A stretch of DNA of 64,000 bases, taken from Nitrospirota bacterium. GTDB taxonomy: Bacteria; Nitrospirota; JACRHL01. Positions 35,984-44,723 of this stretch are shown piece after piece. Under the pieces are notes generated by a model. It was not told the DNA's origin. It searched no databases and saw only the letters and a list, made by a program, of their open reading frames with translations. The number at the start of each line of letters is the position of its first letter. Position 1 is the stretch's first letter. The translations under genes and the position numbers were made by a program. The stretch is from positions 1,539-65,538 of the forward strand of contig JAOUMB010000010.1 of NCBI GenBank assembly GCA_029881725.1. Direction: 5' to 3'.

Positions 35984-38145
35984 CAGTACATGTGTACCGC
36001 GAGCACGTGGATCAGCGCCGTAAACACCATCATCAGGAACAGGGGAAAGTGCAACAGGTGCCACAGGCCAAAAATCCGTTCGTAAAAGCCGAACTCCGCC
36101 ACCGAATGCACGGAGCGGTAGTATTCCTTAAAATGCTTGCGCAACGCCTTGCGATGGCGCGACAACGTCTTGCGGTCCCACCCGTCCTGCTCGGCGCGCT
36201 GCTTCAGGGCCACCCGCGCCACGCGCCGGATGCGCAGCCGGGTCCAGATGGTCCGAGGGCGCACGGTGAGCAGCCGCCAGGTGCGGCCAATCACCCCGGT
36301 GGGGGCGTTCAGCCACTTTTCCAGCCGCAGCAACCGCTCATTCATCTCTTCGGGAAATTCGATGTCCCCCTCCAGTGTACCGTGCGCGGATTTCAAACCC
36401 ATGCGCATTTCGGCGGCGGTGGCGCGGCGCCCATACAGGCCGTGATGGATCTTGGTGTACATGAATCGCCCGAACAGGCCGCTGAAGGCCACCACCAGCA
36501 TGGTGAACAGGGCGATCTGGCTGTTCAGGGAACCCAGGGCGAAATTGGAATGGAATACCACCAGCAGCGGCCCCACCACCCCCATGATCATGTGGGTCTG
36601 GAACCAGTACTTGACCGGTCCCATGCGGCGCATGAAATTCATTTTCTTGCGCATGGGGTAGAGCAGCAACAAGGCCATCATCACCGCCCCGGCAATGCCC
36701 AGGTAGTAACCGGTACCGGTTTCGGCGGACAGGTAGCCGGTCTCGCGCTGGGTCCATCCATACAGGGTGGCGCCGAACACGGCAAACATGAACAGCCCCC
36801 ACCCCAGACCGGAGGAAGCATCCGGAACGGCGGGGTCGTTGGCCGGGCGCGGTTCGGGAACCGGAATCGGACTGGCCTTGGCGGCCGGAACCGCAGCGGC
36901 CTTCTTGGCCTTCGGCGCACCATCCTGGCCACCCCCACCGGAACGGCCGGACGGCACGTGCGGGCGGCCGGGGCCACCGGACTTGCGCGCCGGGGTCGAG
37001 GCACATTGCTGGACCTGCGGGGCCGGGTCCGCCGCCGGAGCCGACACGGGCACCACCTGGCTGGCGGCTTCCTTGGAACGCACTGCGGACACCGTCGCGG
37101 CCACCTGAGCGGCCAGGGAGTCCTGGGGTGCAACCTGAGGCACGGCAGCGGGTGTCACCTGCGGCGCGGGCGTGGAAATTTTGGGAATGGCCACCCTGGG
37201 AGTGGCCTGGGGCGCCGGGGCGGGCACGGTCTGGGCGGCGGGCTTCACCGTCACCACCGCAGCCGCACGGGCAGCGGGAAGTTCACCCGGATTGCGGGCC
37301 GCATCGATAATCGCCTTTAACGCAGCCGCGTTGCGGTCCGGCGCCTCCGCCGGGGTACGGGCAGCCGCCACCAGTTTACGGACTGCGGCTTCACGCCCGG
37401 CCTCCTGAGTGGACTGGGGGGTGGCCGCCTTCGAGATCGCGGCGGTCGATGTCGGTTTCGGAACGGCCATCTTGGGGGCAGCGGCCTGCGGGGCAGCCAT
37501 CTTGGGGGCAGCCGCCTGCGGAGCAGCCATCTTGGGGGCAGCGGCCTGCGGAGCAGTCATCTTGGGGGCAGCCACATTATCGCCCAGCGTCATTGCCACC
37601 AGGCGGGCCATTGCCTCGCGCCGGATCGCCTGACGCGCGGCGGTTGATTGGGTATCTTCTATGGCGGTATCCGCCGGGGCCTGGGCAGCGGTTTGTGCCT
37701 GCACCGCGTCCATGATGCGTTCGGCTTCATCTCCAAACGCCACCGACAGCAGCATGGCCAGTTGCTCGCGGGTGGAGCGGGAACGTTGCGGCAACGGAGG
37801 CGCCGGCTGAGGCGCGGCGCCGGAACCAATCGGACCCTGAATGTGGCCGCCAGGCGGCGGCCCGATCAAGCCCGACGGGGTTCCCGAACCGCTCCCAACC
37901 CGACGCGCGATTTCCGAAGCGTGCTCGCCAAAGGCCAGTGACAGAAGGGATTCCAGCTCCGCACCGGATACCGGCTCCCCTTTCAACGGACGCGATTCCA
38001 CATCCAGACCAAAGAAATCGCCCTTCATCGGACCGGCATCGTCCAGGCTGCCCCAGCCTCCCGGGTGAACCCGGGAACCGGTGCGGTCAGACGACGGATC
38101 AAAGGATTCCAGTGCGTCCATATCCATGCCGGAAAAATCTTCCAT
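35983..38145 (-). CDS. Membrane protein with a roughly 440-aa Ala/Pro-rich low-complexity N-terminal region and a C-terminal 5-TM domain carrying two bis-His helices (ferric-reductase/cytochrome-b-like).
   Basis: 720 aa. Strong RBS GGGAGGTG plus ATG MEDFSGMDMDAL. In-frame (KMAAPQAAAP)n repeat. TM helices: GWGLFMFAVFGATLYGW; YYLGIAGAVMMALLLLYP; YWFQTHMIMGVVGPLLVVFHSNF (two His 14 residues apart); IALFTMLVVAFSGLFGRFMY; WHLLHFPLFLMMVFTALIHVLAVHMY (two His 14 residues apart). Confidence 0.65.
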   Translation of the reverse strand: MEDFSGMDMDALESFDPSSDRTGSRVHPGGWGSLDDAGPMKGDFFGLDVESRPLKGEPVSGAELESLLSLAFGEHASEIARRVGSGSGTPSGLIGPPPGGHIQGPIGSGAAPQPAPPLPQRSRSTREQLAMLLSVAFGDEAERIMDAVQAQTAAQAPADTAIEDTQSTAARQAIRREAMARLVAMTLGDNVAAPKMTAPQAAAPKMAAPQAAAPKMAAPQAAAPKMAVPKPTSTAAISKAATPQSTQEAGREAAVRKLVAAARTPAEAPDRNAAALKAIIDAARNPGELPAARAAAVVTVKPAAQTVPAPAPQATPRVAIPKISTPAPQVTPAAVPQVAPQDSLAAQVAATVSAVRSKEAASQVVPVSAPAADPAPQVQQCASTPARKSGGPGRPHVPSGRSGGGGQDGAPKAKKAAAVPAAKASPIPVPEPRPANDPAVPDASSGLGWGLFMFAVFGATLYGWTQRETGYLSAETGTGYYLGIAGAVMMALLLLYPMRKKMNFMRRMGPVKYWFQTHMIMGVVGPLLVVFHSNFALGSLNSQIALFTMLVVAFSGLFGRFMYTKIHHGLYGRRATAAEMRMGLKSAHGTLEGDIEFPEEMNERLLRLEKWLNAPTGVIGRTWRLLTVRPRTIWTRLRIRRVARVALKQRAEQDGWDRKTLSRHRKALRKHFKEYYRSVHSVAEFGFYERIFGLWHLLHFPLFLMMVFTALIHVLAVHMY
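37440..37575. repeat. 30-bp tandem repeat, about 3.5 copies, inside the membrane-protein gene.
   Basis: Unit catcttgggggcagc(g/c)gcctgcgg(g/a)gcag(c/t). Copies start near 37468, 37498, 37528 and 37558. Encodes KMAAPQAAAP repeats on the minus strand. Confidence 0.75.
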
Positions 38146-38571
38146 TTCACCTCCCGAAGTCCTCGCAAACGGCGGTCCCTGCCCAATCCCGGTTTAGTAA
38201 GCAAGGAATATGCCATGCATCGGATCTCAAGCAAAGGTGTCTTTTTTTCAACACCTTGTGCCCCTCCCCCCCTGCCCGTTTCTGGCGTCCACTCAACGGG
38301 AAATGGTGCATTTCTACGCGGAGGGAAGTCAATTTTTGCACACGGTGTTCAAAATCGAACGAACTCCCCGCACCCCGCCCCGAATTGTACACGCCATCCA
38401 CCCACGTACTTGGTTGGACGATCCGGATGACCGAAAAGTTCCCGGTACCGGGCCAGCGGGGAGTCATCTCCGTTCCCGAATGGCAAAAAATATGCAGAGG
38501 ACTTCCAAGCCGCCGACCGGTGCGGTTACCATCTAGATGGAGTCCGAACGGGGGAGGCGGAGAGGAGAACT

Positions 38572-39921
38572 TTGGAAAAACTGCCGATTGGTCCGGAAAT
38601 TCTGGGCAAGCTGCCCTTCGACCCGGAATTGCTGATCTATATCGTCCCGCTGGTGGTGATCTTTCTTTTTTATGCAGGTCGCCGCTCCAGCGCCCACAAA
38701 AAAAGCAGCCGGGTCCTGCGCGAAAACCTGGAGGCGGGCCTCACCGAACCCGCATCGTTGCATCCGCTCATCGACGAGTCTCGTTGCATCGGTTGCGCCT
38801 CATGCGTCACCGCCTGCCCGGAGAGCAAATACGAGGTGCTGGGCATCGTGCACGGCAAGGCGGAACTGATCAACCCCACCGCCTGCATCGGCCACGGCGC
38901 CTGCAAGACCGCCTGCCCGGTGGATGCCATCACCCTGGTGTTCGGTACTGAAAAACGCGGGCTGGACATCCCCAACGTCAAACCCAACTTCGAAACCAAC
39001 ATCCCCGGACTGTTCATTGCGGGGGAACTGGGTGGCATGGGCCTCATCGGCAATGCCGTGGAGCAGGGCCGCCAGGCCATGGACAACATTGCCAAACTGT
39101 CCGGCATGGGCAAGGGCGACGGGTACGACGTGGTGATCGTGGGGGCCGGACCATCGGGCTTTTCCGCCACCCTGGGCGCCATGGAAAAGAAGCTGCGCTA
39201 CCTGACCGTGGAGCAGGATTCCCTGGGCGGCACCGTATACAACTTTCCACGCGGCAAACTGGTCATGACCCGGCCGGTGGACCTGCCCATCGTGGGCAAG
39301 GTCAGGTTCACGGAAACCACCAAGGAAAAATTGCTCGAGTTCTGGACCGACGTGGAAAAAAAGACGGGGGTCAAAATCAGTTACAAGGAACGGGTGGACG
39401 ACATCACCCCCTCCGGCAAGGGGTTCGTGGTCAAAACCAGCAAGGGCACGTACAAGACCCGTGCGGTGCTGCTGGCCATTGGCCGCCGGGGCACCCCGCG
39501 CAAGCTTGATGTGCCGGGCGAGGAAACTCCCAAGGTCACCTACCGGCTGATCGACCCGGAGCAGTACACGGGCCAGCATGTGCTGGTGGTGGGCGGCGGC
39601 GACAGTGCCCTGGAGGCCGCCACCAGCATCGCCGATCAGGCCGGTACCACGGTAACCCTGTCCTATCGCAGCGACGCCTTCGGGCGCGCCAAGGGCAAGA
39701 ACCGGGAGCGGGTGGACGCCGCCGTGGCAGCCGGGCGCCTGAATGTGATGCTCAAAAGCACGGTCAAGGAAATCACCCCGGACAAGGTGGTGATCGACCA
39801 CGACGGCACCCTGCACACGCTCAGCAACGACGCCATCATCGTGTGCGCCGGCGGCATCCTGCCCACCGGATTCCTGAAACAGATCGGCATTCAGGTGGAC
39901 ACCAAATATGGCACCGCCTGA
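38572..39921 (+). CDS. Membrane-anchored 2x[4Fe-4S] ferredoxin-domain FAD/NAD(P)-binding oxidoreductase (thioredoxin-reductase-like fold).
   Basis: TTG start preceded by GAGGAG. N-terminal TM helix LLIYIVPLVVIFLFYAG. CIGCASCVTACP and CIGHGACKTACP (two CxxCxxCxxxCP clusters). Dinucleotide motifs DVVIVGAGPSGFSA and HVLVVGGGDSALEAA. Confidence 0.8.
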   Translation: MEKLPIGPEILGKLPFDPELLIYIVPLVVIFLFYAGRRSSAHKKSSRVLRENLEAGLTEPASLHPLIDESRCIGCASCVTACPESKYEVLGIVHGKAELINPTACIGHGACKTACPVDAITLVFGTEKRGLDIPNVKPNFETNIPGLFIAGELGGMGLIGNAVEQGRQAMDNIAKLSGMGKGDGYDVVIVGAGPSGFSATLGAMEKKLRYLTVEQDSLGGTVYNFPRGKLVMTRPVDLPIVGKVRFTETTKEKLLEFWTDVEKKTGVKISYKERVDDITPSGKGFVVKTSKGTYKTRAVLLAIGRRGTPRKLDVPGEETPKVTYRLIDPEQYTGQHVLVVGGGDSALEAATSIADQAGTTVTLSYRSDAFGRAKGKNRERVDAAVAAGRLNVMLKSTVKEITPDKVVIDHDGTLHTLSNDAIIVCAGGILPTGFLKQIGIQVDTKYGTA

Positions 39922-41944
39922 CGCCGCACCCCCTTCCCGGCGCTGGTGGCCCGTCGCCGTCCTTTTGCTGCTGATGCTGCCCCTGTCCCTGCCCGCCCCG
40001 GCGCTGGCGGACCCCATGGATGACGTGAAGGCCGCCGTGCGCCTGCGCGACTATCCACGTGCCATCCGGCTGCTGACCCCCATTGCGGAAAAGGGCGATG
40101 CCGAGGCCCAGTACCAGCTCGGCTCCCTGTACCGCTCCGGACGCGCCGGGGACAATCCGAAGGCCGCGTTCCGCTGGCTGCTGGCCGCCGCCCAGCAGGG
40201 GCACGCCAAGGCGCAGTATTCGGTCGGCACCCTCTATGAAACGGGCACGGGGGTGGAGCAGAGCGCCGACCGTGCCCTGGTGTGGTATCAGAAGGCTTCC
40301 GCCCAGGGACACGACGGGGCCCAGACCCGCGCCGAAGCCCTCCAGGGTACCCTCGGAAGTAAAAAGGACCGTCCCAGCCGTCAGGAATTGACCGCGGCCC
40401 TTCTGGCCGCCGCCGAGAGCGGGGATGACCGCGAAGTGCGCAGGCTCCTGAAACAGGGGGGCGACGCCAACGCCACCGACGCCGCCGGGCACTCCGCGCT
40501 GATGAACGCCGCCGCCCAGGGGCATCTCAAGGTGGTGCGGATTCTGCTCAAGGCGGGCGCCAAGCCCAACCTGGCGGACAAATACGGGGATACCGCCGTC
40601 ACCCTGGCCGCCCGCCACGGGCGTCCGCGCACCCTGGTCGCCCTGCTGGACGCCGGGGGCGATGTCAACGCCACCGACGGCAACGGCAACACCCCCCTGA
40701 TCCTGGCGGCGCTGCACGATCACGCCAAGACCACCGAGTTGCTGATCAAGGCCCGCGCCCGGCTCAATACCCGGAACAAGAACGGAGAAACCGCCCTCGA
40801 CGTGGCCGTGCGCAAGGAGCACCGCAAGCTGGTCGCCCAGTTGGAAGCGGCGGGTGCCACCCGCACCGCACAGGCGGCGGAACCCGCCATACCTCAGTCC
40901 GTGGAGGCGCTGGAGGCGTTGCAGGCCGGCGGCGACGACGCCCTTTACGCGGGGTGGTCCACCCTGGCGGTGGCCGCCTGGCGTGGTCAGGCGGAGGCCA
41001 TGAAAAAGCTGCTGGCCCAGGGCGCCAGGGTGGACGCCCGCGACCCGGAGGGGCACACCCCTCTGAGCCGCGCCGCGTGGCAGGGCCACCTGGAAGCGGT
41101 CAACCTGTTGCTGGCCCGCAAGGCCAACCCCAATGCCTACCAGAAAGACGGCCGGAGCCCCATCCTGTGGGCAGCGGAAAACGGTCACACCGAGGTGGTG
41201 ACCGCCCTGCTCAAGGCCGGTGCCCGCGCTGGAGAGCGGCAGGGCAAGGATGGCGACAGCGCCTTGATGCTGGCGGTGCAGAAGGGCAGCGCCGAAACCG
41301 TGGAGGTGCTGCTGAAGGCCGGAGCCGATCCCAACATGGCCCTGCCCGACGGCGAAACCGCGCTGCTGCGCGCCGCCGCCCGCGGCAGCCTGGGAATCGT
41401 CCGCCAATTGCTGGCTGCGGGGGCCCAGGTGAATCATCGGGACCAGGATGGCCGTACCGCCCTCTGGTTCGCCGCCAATGCCGGCGCGGTCAAGACCTGC
41501 GGCGTGCTGCTGGGCGCCAGGGCCAATGTGGCCTACGTGGATGCCTCCGGTCACACGGCCCTGTCGCGGGCCGCCCTCGGTGGACACTCCGGGGTAATCG
41601 CCGCGCTGCTGAAACAGGGAGCCCAGCCCGACACACGCACCCGGGAGGGAAACACACCCCTGTTGCTGGCCGCCTCCGAAGGGCACCTGGAGACGATCCA
41701 GCGCCTGCTGGAAGCAGGCGCCAAGGTGAACACCCAGAACGAGGCCGGAGACACCGCCCTGATCCGCGCCGTCATCGGTCGCCATCCGCGCGTGGTAGGC
41801 TTGTTGCTCAATCAGGGGGCCGATCCGAAGATTCGCAACAAGAAGCGGCAAACCGCCCGCTCGCTGGCAGAGGAATCCGGGGACGAAAACCTGATCCGCG
41901 TGTTCGAAAAGCCGGAAGGCAAAAACCTGCTCGACCTGTTTTGA
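39908..41944 (+). CDS. Secreted protein with N-terminal Sel1-like repeats and about 14 ankyrin repeats.
   Basis: Signal peptide MAPPDAAPPSRRWWPVAVLLLLMLPLSLPAPALA. Sel1 units AQYQLGSLYRSGRAGDNPKAAFRWLLAAAQQGHAKAQYSVGTLYETGTG.... ANK consensus repeated, for example DAAGHSALMNAAAQGHLKVVRILLKAGAKPN, DGNGNTPLILAALHDHAKTTELLIKARARLN. The ATG overlaps the upstream stop by 14 bp. Confidence 0.85.
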   Translation: MAPPDAAPPSRRWWPVAVLLLLMLPLSLPAPALADPMDDVKAAVRLRDYPRAIRLLTPIAEKGDAEAQYQLGSLYRSGRAGDNPKAAFRWLLAAAQQGHAKAQYSVGTLYETGTGVEQSADRALVWYQKASAQGHDGAQTRAEALQGTLGSKKDRPSRQELTAALLAAAESGDDREVRRLLKQGGDANATDAAGHSALMNAAAQGHLKVVRILLKAGAKPNLADKYGDTAVTLAARHGRPRTLVALLDAGGDVNATDGNGNTPLILAALHDHAKTTELLIKARARLNTRNKNGETALDVAVRKEHRKLVAQLEAAGATRTAQAAEPAIPQSVEALEALQAGGDDALYAGWSTLAVAAWRGQAEAMKKLLAQGARVDARDPEGHTPLSRAAWQGHLEAVNLLLARKANPNAYQKDGRSPILWAAENGHTEVVTALLKAGARAGERQGKDGDSALMLAVQKGSAETVEVLLKAGADPNMALPDGETALLRAAARGSLGIVRQLLAAGAQVNHRDQDGRTALWFAANAGAVKTCGVLLGARANVAYVDASGHTALSRAALGGHSGVIAALLKQGAQPDTRTREGNTPLLLAASEGHLETIQRLLEAGAKVNTQNEAGDTALIRAVIGRHPRVVGLLLNQGADPKIRNKKRQTARSLAEESGDENLIRVFEKPEGKNLLDLF

Positions 41945-42104
41945 CCGGACGGGGGTAGAATCACTCCCGGTATCGTTCCCTATAAGGTTGACCGGAAACT
42001 TGCCGATACGGCAGATACGCCCGGCCAAACCGGGGACCACTGTTTTTTTGCCCGCGCCACGCCGGGCGGTTACACGGACGTTCATGAAAGCCAGGGAGTT
42101 GGTC

Positions 42105-42611
42105 ATGATCAAGCGCTTGAGCCCGATTCTGTTTATTGTTCTGCTGGCCGCCTGCCAGCCCAAGGAAGGCGCCAAACCCGCGGATTCGGCCGGTGCCGGC
42201 CCGCAGTCCTCCCCCAGCGCCGAATCACGCCCGGCAGGCAGCGCCGAAGCGGAAGTGGCGAACTACATCCGTACCCACATGATGGTCAAGGAAGTGCGCA
42301 TCGGCGAGGGACGCCAGGGCGCCGACGGCGGCGAGACGATCCGCGCCCTGTACGGCGTGGTGGCCAACGGTGGCACCCGCGACCTGAAAAAAGTGGTTAT
42401 CCAGGCGGATCTGCTGGATGCGAACGGAAAACCGGTGGCAGCCGCCGAGTTCGTGCCGGTGATCGCCACCCGCGACGGAGCGGTGGACGAGGCGGGGCTG
42501 CTCAAGGGCCATTCGGAACGGGCCTTCGGGTATTCCATCGAGCATCTGGTTCCCAAAGAGTGGAAGGGGACCGCACGGGTGATCGTGACCGGCCTTGAAT
42601 TCCACGGTTGA
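42105..42611 (+). CDS. Hypothetical lipoprotein.
   Basis: AGGGAG RBS. MIKRLSPILFIVLLAACQP (lipobox LAAC). Low-complexity linker followed by a small globular domain. Confidence 0.6.
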   Translation: MIKRLSPILFIVLLAACQPKEGAKPADSAGAGPQSSPSAESRPAGSAEAEVANYIRTHMMVKEVRIGEGRQGADGGETIRALYGVVANGGTRDLKKVVIQADLLDANGKPVAAAEFVPVIATRDGAVDEAGLLKGHSERAFGYSIEHLVPKEWKGTARVIVTGLEFHG

Positions 42612-42639
42612 GGGCCATCCCTCCGACCGGTCCTCATCC

Positions 42640-44583
42640 ATGTTCCCTTCCGGCCGCCTGAACGCCCGGTGGCACACGCCGCTGCACCTGCTTTTACTGG
42701 CGCTGGTGTGTCTGGGGGTGTACGCCAACGGCTACCATCACGTATTCCAGCTGGACAGTTCCCACGTTCTGGAGGACAACCCCAGCGTCCGCAGCCTGGG
42801 CAACATCCCGTCCTATTTCACCGATCCGGGCACCTTTTCGGTGCTGTATGCCAATGTGGACTACCGGCCGGTGCTACAGGTCACCTATGCCCTGAATTAC
42901 TGGCTGGGCGGCTACCACATGCCGTGGTGGCACTTCACCCAGATCCTGCTGCACTTCCTGTGCGCCGTGGGGATCTACCTGCTGTGCCGCCGGGTGATAG
43001 CGCTTTCCGAACCGGAACACTCCGACGGGGCCTGGATCCCACTGGCCGCGGGATTGTTGTTTGCCCTGCACCCCACCGCGTCCGGGGTGGTCAATTACCT
43101 GTCCGCCCGCTCGTCGTTGTTGACCGCCGCATTTTTACTGCCGTCCATCCTGCTGTACATGGACTCCCTGGAGGGTCCGCATAACCGCCTTCGGCGGGCG
43201 ATGGCCGCGCTCCTGTACACGCTGGCCCTGTTCTCAAAAATCGAGGCCGTGGGGTGTCTGGCGGTCTACTTCATGTTCGAGATGTGGCACACTGCGCGCA
43301 CCGGGGGCCACCGGAACGGATTTTTTCGGGATCTGGCCGCAACCCTCACCCCGTCGGTGTTACGGCGTCTGGCGCCGTTTCTGGCGGCTACCGCCGCCTA
43401 TCTGGCCATTCGCGCCCCGCTCATGGCGCGTTTTCCGTTCGGTGATTCCCGCGAGGGCACCGGCATTGGCAACCTGGACTACCTGTACACCCAGTTGGTG
43501 GTGTGGTGGGCCTATGTGGGCAAGTGGTTCGCCCCGGTGGACCTGGTAGCCGACCAGGGCAACTATCCGGTTTACCGCAGCCTGCTGGAGCCCACGGTGC
43601 TGGTGGCGGCGGGCGGCTGGGCGTTGGTCACCGCGCTGCTGATCACCGGGTGGCAAAAACGGCCCCATCAGGCGGTGCTGGCTATCTCGGCACTGGCCCT
43701 GCTCAGCCCCACCTCGTCCATTCTGCCGCTGGCGGAAATGCTCAACGAACACCGCCCCTATCTGCCCATCGGGATTCTGTCGCTGGTGTGGATCATCCCC
43801 GCCGCCCGGGCCGCCGAACGCATGGCCTCGGAAAGCCGTGGCTTCCCCCTGTATGTGCCGGGGCTGGTGGCGCTGTTGTGCGGGCTGGGCGCCCTCACCT
43901 TCGACCGCAACCGGGTGTTTCTGACCACCGAGAGCTACTGGCTGGACGTAATAGAAAAAGCCCCCTCCGCCCGCGCCTATGTGAACTACGGTCTGACCCG
44001 CATGACCGCAGGCGAGATAGAGACCGCCCAGGAGTATTTTTTAAAGGCCCAGGAGATGTCGCCCAACTGGCATATCGTGCACATCAACCTGGCGGTCACC
44101 TACCGGGAACAGGGGCGGCTCGATCTGGCCGAGCAGTATTACAACCGCGCGGTGGAGAGCGATACCTTCACCGGCGGCTCCCTCTCCTGGCGGGGCGAAT
44201 ACCGGCTTACCCGCGGTCGCTATGCGGAAGCCCTGGCCGACTTTCTGGCCAGCCAGCCGAAAAGCCTGGAGCACTACCGCAACGCCAAGGGGGCGGCGAC
44301 GGCCTTCGCCGGACTGGGCGATGCGCAAAACGCGTTTGTGCACACGGCCCGTTGCCTGAAACTGAACGCGGAGCAGACCGGACGCGACATCGTGGTCATT
44401 GCCGAGCCGTTCTTCACCCTTCCCTCCGGGGCCGCTCCCGGTCTGGCCTATTTCCAGAAACTGGCTGAACGTCTGCCGGACACCTGGTGGGTGCATGCCA
44501 ACATCAGCACCCTGGCCTTCCGCCTCGGCCAGAATGAACTGGGACAGCAGGCCGACGCCCGCGCCCAGGCGCTCAAGGGGTAG
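42640..44583 (+). CDS. Polytopic membrane protein with C-terminal TPR repeats (TMTC/DUF1736-like, GT-C-fold glycosyltransferase-like).
   Basis: N-terminal half has about 10 TM helices with a DYRP(V/L) motif (ANVDYRPVLQVTYALNYW). C-terminal roughly 200 aa are TPR-like (AYVNYGLTRMTAGEIETAQEYFLKAQEMSPNWHIVHINLAVTYREQGRLDLAEQYYNRAVE...). Confidence 0.7.
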   Translation: MFPSGRLNARWHTPLHLLLLALVCLGVYANGYHHVFQLDSSHVLEDNPSVRSLGNIPSYFTDPGTFSVLYANVDYRPVLQVTYALNYWLGGYHMPWWHFTQILLHFLCAVGIYLLCRRVIALSEPEHSDGAWIPLAAGLLFALHPTASGVVNYLSARSSLLTAAFLLPSILLYMDSLEGPHNRLRRAMAALLYTLALFSKIEAVGCLAVYFMFEMWHTARTGGHRNGFFRDLAATLTPSVLRRLAPFLAATAAYLAIRAPLMARFPFGDSREGTGIGNLDYLYTQLVVWWAYVGKWFAPVDLVADQGNYPVYRSLLEPTVLVAAGGWALVTALLITGWQKRPHQAVLAISALALLSPTSSILPLAEMLNEHRPYLPIGILSLVWIIPAARAAERMASESRGFPLYVPGLVALLCGLGALTFDRNRVFLTTESYWLDVIEKAPSARAYVNYGLTRMTAGEIETAQEYFLKAQEMSPNWHIVHINLAVTYREQGRLDLAEQYYNRAVESDTFTGGSLSWRGEYRLTRGRYAEALADFLASQPKSLEHYRNAKGAATAFAGLGDAQNAFVHTARCLKLNAEQTGRDIVVIAEPFFTLPSGAAPGLAYFQKLAERLPDTWWVHANISTLAFRLGQNELGQQADARAQALKG

Positions 44584-44644
44584 CCCCGCCCCGACCGGCC
44601 CGGGAAGCCCCCCCTTCCCGAATCCAGATTTCCTGAACAAAAAA

Positions 44645-44676
44645 GGCCCGGACGAATCGTCCGGGCCTTTTTTGAT
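44645..44676. terminator. Bidirectional rho-independent terminator between convergent genes.
   Basis: aaaaaaggcccggacgaatcgtccgggcctttttt: perfect 9-bp stem ggcccggac/gtccgggcc flanked by an A-run and a T-run. Confidence 0.75.
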
Positions 44677-44723
44677 TTAACCCCGGCGGCACGTGGCTGC
44701 CGAGGGAGATTCGGGTGGGTCGT

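Noticed and set aside
32651-36085. Two + strand ORFs (626 aa and 514 aa).
   Set aside because: Antisense to the two multihaem cytochrome genes. Gly/Val/Ala-rich with no CXXCH.
39836-42175. 779-aa minus-strand ORF.
   Set aside because: Antisense to the Sel1/ankyrin gene, whose + strand translation shows textbook ANK consensus repeats and a signal peptide.
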